Source: Clostridia bacterium (GTDB lineage Bacteria; Bacillota; Peptococcia; DRI-13; UBA5745). Taken from it: a stretch of DNA of 64,000 nt. The DNA is taken from contig JAHDPO010000007.1 in assembly GCA_018434325.1 (NCBI GenBank), positions 266,210-330,209 on the forward strand, written 5' to 3'. Shown here in pieces: positions 38,215 through 48,463 of the stretch; positions within the stretch are counted from its first letter, which is position 1, and each line of letters opens with the position of its first letter. The position numbers were made by a program, and so were the translations under genes. The notes under the pieces were generated by a model. It was not told where the DNA came from, did not search any database, and saw nothing but the letters and a program-made list of their open reading frames with translations.

Positions 38215-39412
38215 CAAAGCCAGAAAGGTTGCCGGGTTCCCTGCCGGCTCCATCAAAATGCCACCCTCAAAAAGCATATCCCACCGGGCCGTCATCTGCG
38301 CCGGCCTGGCGGCAAGTTCCCTGCCTATCGATAATCTCGTTTATTCCCAGGATATTGAGGCCACCAGCCGCTGCATGAAACTCATCCGCCAGCCCGGCGC
38401 CCTTCTTGATTGCGGTGAATCCGGTTCCACCCTCCGCTTTCTGATTCCCCTGGCGGCGGCCTTGACGGGCAAGACCGCCTTTACCGGCCAGGGCCGGCTT
38501 TTGGCCCGGCCCCAAGGGCCCTATATCGAGGCTTTGGCCGGTCACGGCATAACCCTTGAGTATACGGATAACCTGCTCCGGCTGGAAGGCAGTCTCAAAT
38601 CCGGCTTATATACCCTTCCCGGCGACGTCAGTTCTCAATTTATCTCTGGCCTGCTCTTTGCTCTGCCTTTAGTGGCCGGGGAAAGTGAAATAGTGGTCAC
38701 CAGCCCCTTGCAATCCAAAGCCTACGTAGATCTGACCATCGACGTAATGGACCACTTCGGCGTCAGCGTTCAGCATGAGGATTACCGGCGCTTTAAAGTG
38801 CCGGGAGGACAGCAATATAAAAGCCGGCCTTTCACCGTAGAAGGCGATTATTCCCAGGCCGCTTTTTTTCTGGCGGCAAGCGCCTTGGGCAGCCAGTGCC
38901 AATGCCTCGGCCTTTCCCCCCATTCCAGGCAAGGCGATAAAAAAATCCTGGATATTCTCCGGGCAAGCGGCGTCGATTTGGAATGGAGTCCCGCAGGCGG
39001 GGTGACCGCCAAAGCCGGCCCTCTGCCCTATAAAGCTCAGACCGTCGATATTGCGGAAATTCCCGATTTGGTTTCGCCCTTAGCCGCCTTTTTCTGCTTC
39101 TGTCAGGGCCAAAGCCGCATTGAAAACGGCGCCCGCCTAAGGCTCAAAGAAAGCGACAGGCTGGCCACCGTTACGGAAGAGCTGAATAAGCTGGGGGCCC
39201 GGATCACCATTGAAGGAGACGCTCTGGTTATCAATGGTGTGGAAACGCTGGCCGGCGGCAGAATCAGCGGCCGGGGAGATCACCGCATTGCCATGATGGG
39301 CGCGGTGGCGGCAGTCAGAAGCCGGGGACCGGTTTATATTGAAGATAGCGGCTGTGTCGCTAAATCCTACCCTCACTTTTGGGAGGATTTTGAAAAGGAG
39401 AAGCGGTTATGA
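38207..39412 (+). CDS. aroA: 3-phosphoshikimate 1-carboxyvinyltransferase (EPSP synthase)
   Basis: PPSKSISHRAVICAGLA...; EPSPS fold, 401 aa; overlaps aroB by 8 nt. Confidence 0.85.
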   Translation: MHSKARKVAGFPAGSIKMPPSKSISHRAVICAGLAASSLPIDNLVYSQDIEATSRCMKLIRQPGALLDCGESGSTLRFLIPLAAALTGKTAFTGQGRLLARPQGPYIEALAGHGITLEYTDNLLRLEGSLKSGLYTLPGDVSSQFISGLLFALPLVAGESEIVVTSPLQSKAYVDLTIDVMDHFGVSVQHEDYRRFKVPGGQQYKSRPFTVEGDYSQAAFFLAASALGSQCQCLGLSPHSRQGDKKILDILRASGVDLEWSPAGGVTAKAGPLPYKAQTVDIAEIPDLVSPLAAFFCFCQGQSRIENGARLRLKESDRLATVTEELNKLGARITIEGDALVINGVETLAGGRISGRGDHRIAMMGAVAAVRSRGPVYIEDSGCVAKSYPHFWEDFEKEKRL

Positions 39413-40476
39413 GCAATGTTTGGGGACAAAGGATCAAGGTTAGTATATTCGGGGAATCTCACGGTCCGGCCATCGGCGTCACAATAGGCGGCCTGCCTCC
39501 CGGCTTTCCTGTCGATTGGGCCAAGGTGAGTGCGGCAATGGCCCGCCGGGCGCCGGGGTCGGGGGATATTGCTACTCCCAGGCAAGAGAAAGACCAATGG
39601 GAAATCCTCTCCGGCATGATGGAGGACAAAACCAGCGGCGCTCCCCTTTGCGCCATTATCCGCAATCAGGATACCCGCTCCCGGGATTACAACCCCCATC
39701 TTTTACGGCCCGGCCATGCCGACTACACCGCCTGGGTCAAATACAAAGGCTTTAACGATTACCGGGGGGGCGGCCATTTTTCCGGCCGGCTCACCGCCTG
39801 CCTGGTTTTTGCCGGAGCCATTGTCCAGCAGATCCTGGAGAGCCGGGGCATCAGCCTTGGGGGTCGGATTTCCAGCATCCATAATATAGCCGACAGTCCC
39901 GGCGAGCCGGAGGAGATGGCGGCGCTGACCGCCAAAGCTTTTCCCGTATTCGATGAGGCCGCAGGACTTAAGATGAAGGAAGCTATTTTGCGGGCTAAGG
40001 CAGACGGCGATTCCCTGGGGGGGATCATCGAATGCGCCGCCTGGAACCTGCCGGCGGGACTGGGAGAGCCCTTCTTCGATTCTGCGGAAAGCGTGATTTC
40101 TGCCATGATGTTTTCCATCCCCGGTATTAAAGGCATTGAATTCGGCGACGGCTTCCACCTGACAACAATGACAGGTTATGGCGCCAATGACCAGCTGGAA
40201 ATCAGCGGGGATCGTATCCGGCTGAAAAGCAATCACAACGGCGGCATCAACGGCGGCATCACCAACGGTAATCCTCTGGTTTTCCGCCTGGCCGTCAAGC
40301 CTACCCCCACTATTCACAAAAAACAAACCACGGTGGACATCGCAAAAATGGAGACTACGGAAACCTCCTTCGGCGGCCGCCATGATCCCTGCATCGTACC
40401 CAGAGCTTTGCCGGCAGCCCTGAGCGCTTTGGCCCTTTGCCTGCTGGACCTTCTTTTGATGAATGATGCCTGTTAA
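39409..40476 (+). CDS. aroC: Chorismate synthase
   Basis: FGESHGPAIGVTIGGLPPG; GRHDPCIVPRA. Confidence 0.9.
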   Translation: MSNVWGQRIKVSIFGESHGPAIGVTIGGLPPGFPVDWAKVSAAMARRAPGSGDIATPRQEKDQWEILSGMMEDKTSGAPLCAIIRNQDTRSRDYNPHLLRPGHADYTAWVKYKGFNDYRGGGHFSGRLTACLVFAGAIVQQILESRGISLGGRISSIHNIADSPGEPEEMAALTAKAFPVFDEAAGLKMKEAILRAKADGDSLGGIIECAAWNLPAGLGEPFFDSAESVISAMMFSIPGIKGIEFGDGFHLTTMTGYGANDQLEISGDRIRLKSNHNGGINGGITNGNPLVFRLAVKPTPTIHKKQTTVDIAKMETTETSFGGRHDPCIVPRALPAALSALALCLLDLLLMNDAC

Positions 40477-40539
40477 AATCCAATTCATGATCAAGCTTTA
40501 ATAAAACTTTGATAAACATAGAGAAAAGAGGAATGGCAA

Positions 40540-41544
40540 ATGATTATTATTCTCAAACCCGGCACCGAACCGGCCGAAAGGGAGCCTATCGAAAAATTGC
40601 TGATCAGCAAAGGTATCATCGTCCAAAATATTCTGGGCGAATCCACCAGCATGATCGGCATGGCCGGCGACACCTCCAGCATATCCGAGGACACGATTTT
40701 GCGCTTTCCCTGCGTGGAGCGGGTGCTGCGGGTTAAAGAGCCCTATAAGCTGGCCGGCCGCAAGTTTCATCCTGCCGACAGCACTTTTGATATCTGCGGC
40801 CGCAAAATAGGAGGCGGTGAGTTTACCGTCATTGCCGGGCCCTGTTCCGTGGAAAGCGAAGAGCAGATTCTCTCCATTGCCCGCGACGTCAAAATGTCGG
40901 GAGCCGGCTTCTTACGGGGCGGCGCTTTCAAGCCGCGGACCTCTCCTTATGCTTTCAAAGGCTTGGGTCTGGATGGCCTGGAGCTATTGAAGATCGCCAG
41001 GGAAAAAACAGGGCTGCCCATCGTTACGGAAATCATGTCGCCGGAATATCTCGACGCCTTTGCCGAAGACGTAGATATTATCCAAATCGGCGCCCGCAAT
41101 ATGCAGAATTTCACCCTGCTCTCCCAAGTCGGCGCTTTGGGCAAGCCGGTATTATTGAAGCGGGGCCTTTCTTCCACCATCGACGAATTGCTGATGGCAG
41201 CGGAGTACGTCATGGCCGGCGGCTCCCAACAGGTCATTCTCTGCGAGCGGGGTATCCGCACCTTTGAGACGGCTACCAGAAATACGCTGGATCTTTCGGC
41301 AGTACCTGTGCTTCATGCCAAATCTCACTTGCCGGTGATCATCGATCCCTCCCATGCCACAGGTTACTGGCATTTGGTGGAGCCCATGGCTTTGGCTGCC
41401 GTAGCGGCGGGAGCCGACGGCCTGATCATCGAGGTGCACAACCATCCCGAAGCCGCCCTTTGCGACGGCGCTCAGTCCGTAACGCCTCAGGTTTTCCATC
41501 GCATCATGGATAAGGTGAAGAAGATCCGGGAGATTATTGCCTGA
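40540..41544 (+). CDS. 3-deoxy-7-phosphoheptulonate (DAHP) synthase, type I-beta with N-terminal ferredoxin-like regulatory domain
   Basis: N-terminal ~70 aa FL/ACT-like domain; catalytic motifs IAGPCSVES, GAFKPRTSPY, IQIGARNMQN. Confidence 0.85.
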   Translation: MIIILKPGTEPAEREPIEKLLISKGIIVQNILGESTSMIGMAGDTSSISEDTILRFPCVERVLRVKEPYKLAGRKFHPADSTFDICGRKIGGGEFTVIAGPCSVESEEQILSIARDVKMSGAGFLRGGAFKPRTSPYAFKGLGLDGLELLKIAREKTGLPIVTEIMSPEYLDAFAEDVDIIQIGARNMQNFTLLSQVGALGKPVLLKRGLSSTIDELLMAAEYVMAGGSQQVILCERGIRTFETATRNTLDLSAVPVLHAKSHLPVIIDPSHATGYWHLVEPMALAAVAAGADGLIIEVHNHPEAALCDGAQSVTPQVFHRIMDKVKKIREIIA

Positions 41545-41612
41545 TCAGCCATTGATACCTGTAATACCCACTAAAAAATGATAAAAATTTATATCAGGAA
41601 GGATGATTAAAT

Positions 41613-42743
41613 ATGAATAACAAAGAAAAATTAGAGGTTTTGCGTCAGGACATCGACAGTGTCGACCGGGAGCTGGTGACCCTTTTCGGCAAACGGATGA
41701 ACGCCGTCAAGGAGATTGGCCGGATAAAGACGGAAGGCAATATGGCTATTCTCGATAAAGACCGGGAGCAAAAGGTTATTGAAAAAGCCCTGGCCCTGGC
41801 TGATGACGAGTTGAAAGCTGAAACCATTTCTTTCATGAGAACCCTGATGGCTTTGTCGAAAATGAAGCAATCGAAGGATATGAGCATGACCAGCCCCGTG
41901 GATTTCCCTGCTTCTGCTGCGAAAAAGACGGAAAATATCAAGGTAGCCTACCAGGGCGTCACCGGCGCCTGGAGTCAACAGGGAGCCGTCCGTCTCTTCC
42001 CGCAAGCCGAGCTTTGCCAATTCGAGTATTTTGAAGACGTCTTCAATGTGGTAAAATCAGGAGGAGCCGACTACGGCGTTTTACCTATTGAAAATTCTCA
42101 AACCGGCGCCATCGGCGAAGTTTACGACCTGTTGAAAAAGCATTCCTGCTATATTGTGGGCGAGGTCTGGATCACCATTGCCCAGTGCCTGCTGGCTACT
42201 CAAGGCACTGAGCTGGCCGATATCCGGGAGGTTTTCTCCCACCCCGAAGGCTTCGGCCAAAGCCGCCGCTTCCTCAAAGGCAAAAACTGGGATCTGACAG
42301 CCTGCCGCAACACTGCCGTAGCCGCGCAAATGGTGGCTGAGAAAAACAGCCCCAAATATGCTGCCATCGGTTCCCGCCAGGCAGCGCAAGCCTACGGTCT
42401 GAACGTGTTAGTTCCCGATATCATGGACAGCGCCAACAATAAAACCCGCTTCATCGTTATTGCCGGCCAGCCCATTTACGATGAAAGCTGCAGCATAACC
42501 AGCGTTACTTTCTCCACCGCGCATAAAAGCGGCGCTCTCTGTGCCGTTTTGGAAAGCTTCATGCTGGCCGGCATCAACCTGACCAGGATCGAGTCCCGGC
42601 CCGTCAGCCAGGATCGTTACCGCTTCTTTGCCGATCTGCAGACCAATATCCTTGCCGAATCTACCCGTGACGCTTTGAGTCAGGCAGCCACCCAATGCGA
42701 TTATTTCGAGGTTTTAGGCTGCTACTCTACTACAGAAGAATAA
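41613..42743 (+). CDS. pheA: Bifunctional chorismate mutase / prephenate dehydratase (P-protein) with ACT domain
   Basis: CM_2 helix LRQDIDSVDRELVTLFGKRM; PDT domain KVAYQGVTGAWS...TRF; C-terminal ACT. Confidence 0.85.
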   Translation: MNNKEKLEVLRQDIDSVDRELVTLFGKRMNAVKEIGRIKTEGNMAILDKDREQKVIEKALALADDELKAETISFMRTLMALSKMKQSKDMSMTSPVDFPASAAKKTENIKVAYQGVTGAWSQQGAVRLFPQAELCQFEYFEDVFNVVKSGGADYGVLPIENSQTGAIGEVYDLLKKHSCYIVGEVWITIAQCLLATQGTELADIREVFSHPEGFGQSRRFLKGKNWDLTACRNTAVAAQMVAEKNSPKYAAIGSRQAAQAYGLNVLVPDIMDSANNKTRFIVIAGQPIYDESCSITSVTFSTAHKSGALCAVLESFMLAGINLTRIESRPVSQDRYRFFADLQTNILAESTRDALSQAATQCDYFEVLGCYSTTEE

Positions 42744-42747
42744 TGCC

Positions 42748-43260
42748 GTGAAAAATATTGCTTTTATCGGTTTGCCCGGCTGCGGCAAAACCACAGTCTC
42801 CCAAAAGGTTGCCGCAGCCTTGGGCCGGGCCTGGTACGACAGTGATCTGGAAATTGAGACGCGGGCAGGGATGAGTATTCCGCAGATTTTTGCCGAAAAA
42901 GGCGAGGAATATTTTCGCAGCCTGGAAAGCCAATGCATCGCCGGCCTGATAGCCAAGGAACCGGCGGTGATTGCCTTAGGTGGCGGGGCCGTGCTGCGTA
43001 ACGGCGGCTTAATTAAGGATAATGCCATTGTCATCTATTTGAGCCGTGATGCAAAAAGCATCTTAGCCACGCTGCCGCCGGGCTCCCGGCCTTTGCTGGC
43101 AGGCAAGCCCCCCGAGGAAACCCTGGCGGCTTTGCAAGCCCTTTATGAACAGCGGCGGCAGCTTTACGAAAGCCTGCAGGATATTAAAATCGACAACGAA
43201 GGTTCCATTGAAGAAGCAGTGGAAAAAGTCCTGAATGCATTGGAAATATTGGAAGCATAG
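42748..43260 (+). CDS. aroK: Shikimate kinase
   Basis: Walker A GLPGCGKTT; 170 aa. Confidence 0.85.
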   Translation: MKNIAFIGLPGCGKTTVSQKVAAALGRAWYDSDLEIETRAGMSIPQIFAEKGEEYFRSLESQCIAGLIAKEPAVIALGGGAVLRNGGLIKDNAIVIYLSRDAKSILATLPPGSRPLLAGKPPEETLAALQALYEQRRQLYESLQDIKIDNEGSIEEAVEKVLNALEILEA

Positions 43261-43274
43261 GAGGTATCGGTGCT

Positions 43275-43808
43275 ATGGGGAGCATGGATTCTGCGGAAAA
43301 GTTGAATAATACGGCCGGCATTGGCGGCATCGCCGTCAGATTGCTGGTGATTAACGGACCTAACCTTAACCTGCTGGGCCGGCGGGAACCGGATGTCTAC
43401 GGCCGCCAAACTTACGAGGATTTAGTGAGACTAATCAAAGAGCAAGCGGCACAGAAGGGTCTGGAGGTTGCCATCTGTCAAAGCAACCATGAGGGAGAAA
43501 TCATTGACGCCATTCATCAGGCCACCGGCAAGTATGACGGCCTGGTCATCAATCCCGGCGCCTACACGCATTACAGCTATGCCATCTTCGACGCCATTAA
43601 AGCCGTCGGCCTCCCTGCCGTGGAAGTGCATCTCTCCAACATTGCCGCCCGAGAGGAGTTCAGACGCCATTCGGTAACCGCCGCCGCTTGCCTGGGGCAA
43701 ATCAGCGGCCTGGGCTTCCACGGCTATCTGGCCGCCATGGATTATCTGGCTGGGCGCTTGGCAAGCCGAGGTGGCGCCGGCGCCGGCAAGGCGGCAGCCG
43801 ATGAATAG
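43275..43808 (+). CDS. aroQ: Type II 3-dehydroquinate dehydratase
   Basis: LLVINGPNLNLLGRREPDVYG...HLSNIAAREEFR; N- and C-terminal extensions relative to the canonical ~150 aa. Confidence 0.85.
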   Translation: MGSMDSAEKLNNTAGIGGIAVRLLVINGPNLNLLGRREPDVYGRQTYEDLVRLIKEQAAQKGLEVAICQSNHEGEIIDAIHQATGKYDGLVINPGAYTHYSYAIFDAIKAVGLPAVEVHLSNIAAREEFRRHSVTAAACLGQISGLGFHGYLAAMDYLAGRLASRGGAGAGKAAADE

Positions 43809-44664
43809 CGGCAGCGGCACTATCACCGGCGCCACCAGGCTGCTGGCCGTGATCGGCCACCCCGTCAGCCATAGCCTGTCGCCCCAGATCCACAACCGGT
43901 TTGCTGCCTCTTTGAATCTGTCTTACGCCTATTTAGCCTTTGACGTTACCCCGGAAACATTGCCGGATTTCATGGCAGCGGCCCGCTCCCTGAATATTGC
44001 AGGCTTCAATGTGACCATGCCCTTAAAAAGCCTCGTCCTCCCCCAATTGGACGAAATAGCTGCCAGCGCTGATTTGTATGGAGCGGTCAACACCGTCGTC
44101 TATAGGGAAGGCAGATTCAGCGGCCACAATACCGACGGCCAAGGCTTTCTGCTGTCCCTGGCTCATGCCGGCCTTGATCCGGCCAAAGCTAACGCCCTGA
44201 TTCTGGGCGCCGGCGGCGCTGCCAGAGCTGTAGCCATGGCCCTGCTGCAAAAGGGCGCCCGGGTGCAGCTTGCCTGCCGCCGCCCGGACAAAGCTCTTTC
44301 TTTGGAAGGTGCGGCCTATTGTTCTTGGAGCGAAATTGCAAACATCATCGAGGCTGAAGACTGCAATCTGCTGATTAACGCTACGCCTCTGGGCATGGAG
44401 GGCAGTTCCCCTTCCGGCGGTCCGGATGAGAGCGGTAATTTTACGGATCTCTCCTTCCTTAACAGCCTCAGACCCGGCGCTTTAGTCTACGATTTAATTT
44501 ACGCTCCCCGGGAGACTCTCTTGCTGCATCAAGCCAAAGCCAAGGGCTTTGCCGTCATGAATGGCTTAGCCCATCTCGTCTGCCAAGCTGCCTTGTCCTT
44601 TGAGTTCTTTACCGGCCAGGCGCCTGGCCGGGATACCATAGCGGAATTAATCTCCTCACTATAA
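43801..44664 (+). CDS. aroE: Shikimate dehydrogenase
   Basis: LLAVIGHPVSHSLSPQIHN; GAGGAARAV. ATG 43801 overlaps the aroQ stop (ATGAATAG). Confidence 0.85.
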   Translation: MNSGSGTITGATRLLAVIGHPVSHSLSPQIHNRFAASLNLSYAYLAFDVTPETLPDFMAAARSLNIAGFNVTMPLKSLVLPQLDEIAASADLYGAVNTVVYREGRFSGHNTDGQGFLLSLAHAGLDPAKANALILGAGGAARAVAMALLQKGARVQLACRRPDKALSLEGAAYCSWSEIANIIEAEDCNLLINATPLGMEGSSPSGGPDESGNFTDLSFLNSLRPGALVYDLIYAPRETLLLHQAKAKGFAVMNGLAHLVCQAALSFEFFTGQAPGRDTIAELISSL

Positions 44665-44671
44665 CGTATAT

Positions 44672-44697
44672 GCCGGCAACGCCGGCTTTCTTTTTAT
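44672..44697 (+). terminator. Intrinsic terminator of the aro-pheA operon
   Basis: GCCGGC-aac-GCCGGC + TTTCTTTTT; its T-tract overlaps the convergent rsgA stop codon. Confidence 0.65.
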
Positions 44698-45821
44698 CTT
44701 CCTTTATTTTTTTGCCGGAAATGGTCCCTCATTCTTTTCATCTCAGCCATTCCGCCAAACATCGCATTGATTTTCTCCGCTTCGATCTCTTTAGAGGAAA
44801 GACCGTCGTACCTGGCTTCCTTTTTCAACTTCTGATAGCTCTCCAGACGCCGGCTGTCCAGCTCCCCCGTTTCCAAAGCCCGGCGCACAGCGCAGCCCGG
44901 CTCTGTCGTATGGCCGCAATCCCGAAAGCGGCATTGCCCGACTAATTCGTCTATATCGGCAAAGGATTTGGATAAATTGACAGCCTCCACCCCCAGTTCG
45001 CGCATGCCCGGCGTATCAATAACAATACCGCCCTGGGGCAAAACCAGCAGCTCTCTGCGGGTGGTTGTGTGCCGGCCTTTATCCTCCCAGCCGATGTCCC
45101 CCGTGGCCAAAAGCTTTTCTCCCGCCAGTTCATTGATCAGCGTGGATTTGCCTACGCCGGAAGAACCGATGAAGGAGGCAGTGATCCCCGGCTGTAAATA
45201 AGGCAGCAGCCTGTGGCAAGAAGCCCGGTCATAACCTGAGGTGGTGATTACGTCGGCGCCGGCGGCAATCCCGGAGACCTCCAAAGTAACGCCGCTTAAA
45301 TTTTCACAAAGATCGGCTTTGGTCAATACGACTACAGGTGTGGCGCCGCTGCTCCAGGCCACCGCCAAATAGCGCTCCAGCCGACTTAAGTTGTAGTCAT
45401 TATTTAAAGCCATACAAATGAACACTATGTCAATATTAGCGGCTACCACCTGCCTTTGCTGACCGGTGCCGGCGGCGGTACGTTCAAAAGCACTTTTACG
45501 GCTTAACACCTGCTGGATAATAGCGTTGCCGCCACTTCCACCATTGCCGCCGCCATCGCCGGGACTGCCGCCGCTGCCGCCCTTAGGGAGATCGGCCAGG
45601 ACAAAATCGCCTACGGCAGGATATTCCGCCAACTCCTTTACCTTATAGCGAAATTTCCCGGAGATTTCCGCCAGATACTCCCCTTCCTTCGTTACTATCT
45701 TATATAGGTCTTTATATTGTGAAACCACTCTCCCCAGACACCAGCCGGAATAAAGAGCCGCTTCCTCAAAATGCTGCTGGCTTGCACCGTAGCGAATTAA
45801 TTGATTCAACATTGTTCGCAC
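44694..45821 (-). CDS. rsgA: Ribosome small-subunit-dependent GTPase A (RsgA/YjeQ) with a Gly-rich insertion
   Basis: VVLTKADL, GSSGVGKSTLINEL, zinc knuckle CRFRDCGHTTEPGCAV; insert KGGSGGSPGDGGGNGGSGGN. Confidence 0.85.
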   Translation of the reverse strand: MRTMLNQLIRYGASQQHFEEAALYSGWCLGRVVSQYKDLYKIVTKEGEYLAEISGKFRYKVKELAEYPAVGDFVLADLPKGGSGGSPGDGGGNGGSGGNAIIQQVLSRKSAFERTAAGTGQQRQVVAANIDIVFICMALNNDYNLSRLERYLAVAWSSGATPVVVLTKADLCENLSGVTLEVSGIAAGADVITTSGYDRASCHRLLPYLQPGITASFIGSSGVGKSTLINELAGEKLLATGDIGWEDKGRHTTTRRELLVLPQGGIVIDTPGMRELGVEAVNLSKSFADIDELVGQCRFRDCGHTTEPGCAVRRALETGELDSRRLESYQKLKKEARYDGLSSKEIEAEKINAMFGGMAEMKRMRDHFRQKNKGR

Positions 45822-46147
45822 CTCACGTATTTGAAATTATCGGTAAAACAAAAAGGGCATAGTCGGCCGACTATACCCAAGCAGTCCTTATAAAGCACTG
45901 TTGGTCATAGCCATCCAATGGGAACATTACTGCACAACAAATAAACGATTGAATATCGTATTTTTGATGCTAATGCAATGACTGTTCCTTATCGGACAAT
46001 GACCAAACACACGCCTCTTTTCTCTTCAAATCAGTGCAACACTGTGCTCACAGTATAACCCCATAGCCGGCTTTTGACAATAGACGAATTTTCCAGCCGA
46101 TGTTTGCTGTATAATAAACGATATTACATTTAGAAAGGACATCAGAT

Positions 46148-46585
46148 ATGATACGCGATTTATTGCCACAGGATAAAGAGATATTTATGACAATGGCGAA
46201 GGAATTCTACTCCTCGGCAGCGGTAGTCCATAATGTCGATCCGGAGAATTTCCAGAAAACCTTTAATGCAGCAATGGACAAATCCCCCTTCATCCGCGTT
46301 CTGATTATCGCGGCGGCACAAACCCCTGCCGGCTACGCTCTTTTGTCCTTTACCTATTCAAACGAGGCCGGCGGCATTGTGGTACTGATTGAGGAGCTAT
46401 ATATAAATGAAGCTCATAGAAGCAAAGGATTAGCAAGCGAGTTTTTTGCTTTTCTGGAACAGGAATACCCTTTGGCAAAGCGCTTCCGCCTTGAGGTCAG
46501 AAAAGACAACAAAAAGGCTATCGCTTTGTATCGGAAACTTGGTTACCAAAGCCTGGATTATGTGCAGATGATCAAAGACAGCTGA
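46148..46585 (+). CDS. GNAT-family N-acetyltransferase
   Basis: LIEELYINEAHRSKGLASEFFAF (acetyl-CoA binding motif A region). Confidence 0.7.
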   Translation: MIRDLLPQDKEIFMTMAKEFYSSAAVVHNVDPENFQKTFNAAMDKSPFIRVLIIAAAQTPAGYALLSFTYSNEAGGIVVLIEELYINEAHRSKGLASEFFAFLEQEYPLAKRFRLEVRKDNKKAIALYRKLGYQSLDYVQMIKDS

Positions 46586-46645
46586 TCCCTTTTGTCCCCA
46601 CCTTGACCTGGTACAGCCGGCTAAACCTCATCTGAAAGAATTGAT

Positions 46646-47923
46646 TCAGCAGCACTGCCCGTCTGTCAAGGTCTGTATCGGCTTGTTTCGGCGGCGAATT
46701 TTGTATTGGCGTTTGTATTCGTACATCCTTTCATCGGCAGCACACAGCAAATCACCGGCCAACATGGTGTTGCTGCTGCCTACAGAAATAACGCCGTAGC
46801 TTATACTGTACTCATAAGCGATAGCCGGACCGAAGCGGCAGCGAGCTAAGTGATTGCGCAGGGTTTCCAGCCGTTTTTTGGCGTCCTCCGGCTCCCAGTC
46901 TTGGACCAGCAGCATAAATTCATCGCCGCCGATACGGCAGGCAACGGCATCGGCAGAAAATTCCCGCAGAGCCTTTGCTACTTGAATAATATACTGATCC
47001 CCTTCGGAATGACCGAACTGATCATTGACAAGCTTAAGATTATCTATATCGACAAAACACAAGATGAAACTGTACTTTGCAGCCAGCCATTCGTTCAGTA
47101 CCTGCATGCCATAATGCCGGTTATATATTTGAGTCAGCGTATCGTAATTGGCAATGCTTTGCAGGTTATTTAACTGTTCCCTTTCACTGCTGACGTCAGT
47201 GAGGACAAAGGCCAGGGCATTGCGCTGGTGCCAATGTAAAGGGTGAGCCGATACGGAATAATACCGGACGCCGGTATTGTTTGACAACTCCAATTCCCTT
47301 GCATGAGTTTCTTCTTTATTGACTATGGCCTGAGCCTGCCTTCTTAGCCATTTACGCAGCTGCTGCCGGGAATCCGGATCCGCCAGCGCTTCATCGATCT
47401 CCCGGCTGACGAACAGCCACTCCCCCGTATCCGTATCTGTCACGATAATCCATTGAGCAATTTGCTCCGCCAAAATTTCAAAAAGGTTTTTATTCTGCAT
47501 AAGAATGTGATTTTCTTTTTGCCGGATTTCTATCTCTTTTAATAAAGCGTTGCGCTGCCGCTCAAGCTGGCCGGTCATGTCGTTAAATGCTGCGGAAAAA
47601 TCGCCCATAAAATCAACGCGCTGCTGATAATCTCCTTTGGCCACTTGCTGAGTCTGCCATGTCAAATGCTTCAGCGAAGCGTGAAGAGCCTTGAGCGGAG
47701 CAGCTATTTCATTTTTGGGCGGCGGCAGCTTGATATTTAAATTGCCTTTGGATATGGCTTTCGCCAAAGCCGTAGTTTCCAGGACGGATTGGGAAAACTC
47801 TGTCAAACCCTGGCCTAACTCCCGAAAGCCCTCGGGCAGTTCCTCTAAATTCAGCACAGCCTGGTCAGGATCATAGATCACATTTTTTAAGTAATCAAGC
47901 AACAGCTTAGCTACAGGGTCCAA
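46646..47923 (-). CDS. Cytoplasmic diguanylate cyclase (N-terminal helical sensor + PAS-like + GGDEF)
   Basis: RIGGDEFMLL (GGDEF), YNRHYG; no TM. Confidence 0.8.
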   Translation of the reverse strand: MDPVAKLLLDYLKNVIYDPDQAVLNLEELPEGFRELGQGLTEFSQSVLETTALAKAISKGNLNIKLPPPKNEIAAPLKALHASLKHLTWQTQQVAKGDYQQRVDFMGDFSAAFNDMTGQLERQRNALLKEIEIRQKENHILMQNKNLFEILAEQIAQWIIVTDTDTGEWLFVSREIDEALADPDSRQQLRKWLRRQAQAIVNKEETHARELELSNNTGVRYYSVSAHPLHWHQRNALAFVLTDVSSEREQLNNLQSIANYDTLTQIYNRHYGMQVLNEWLAAKYSFILCFVDIDNLKLVNDQFGHSEGDQYIIQVAKALREFSADAVACRIGGDEFMLLVQDWEPEDAKKRLETLRNHLARCRFGPAIAYEYSISYGVISVGSSNTMLAGDLLCAADERMYEYKRQYKIRRRNKPIQTLTDGQCC

Positions 47924-48024
47924 AACCTTCAGCTCTCTTTCATAATAACCGAATAATAACCGACAGATCTCTTGGCATCTCTCAGATTTTTTATGCTATA
48001 ATTATAGTCAAATTAACGAATAAG

Positions 48025-48399
48025 GTGGCAACAATGAACGCCGAATCGATAAGATGCCGTCATTGCGGCGCAATGATCCATTTTGCAGAGGATCAGGAGT
48101 CTGCTCAATGTGAATATTGTCTGTCTTTAGTCAAAAGAGGGCGGACAAAGCAGAAAAAAGCAAAGCAGGTAAAATCAGAATCCATTGTATCGGCCAAACA
48201 CAGCCCATTACCTGCTGCACCTCAGACTGCTGCCCCATCATCACCGGCCGGCCCATCAGCTTCTGCGGGACCGGGCAGGCTGCCATATTCCACGCCAAAA
48301 GCTAAGGAAAACGATGATTTGCCAAAGCCCTTAATCATCCTGTTGCTAGTTTTCTACGCCATAATTTTTACTATTGTTATTCTATTTTCATACGTCTAA
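48025..48399 (+). CDS. Hypothetical protein: N-terminal zinc ribbon, Lys-rich and Ala/Pro-rich linker, C-terminal TM anchor
   Basis: CRHCGAM...CEYCLSL; the C-terminus PLIILLLVFYAIIFTIVILFSYV is hydrophobic. Confidence 0.45.
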   Translation: MATMNAESIRCRHCGAMIHFAEDQESAQCEYCLSLVKRGRTKQKKAKQVKSESIVSAKHSPLPAAPQTAAPSSPAGPSASAGPGRLPYSTPKAKENDDLPKPLIILLLVFYAIIFTIVILFSYV

Positions 48400-48463
48400 T
48401 TTTTATTCCTGTTATAATCCGCTGATTTTAGGCAATTCTAAAAGCCAAAAGGAGGATAATAAC

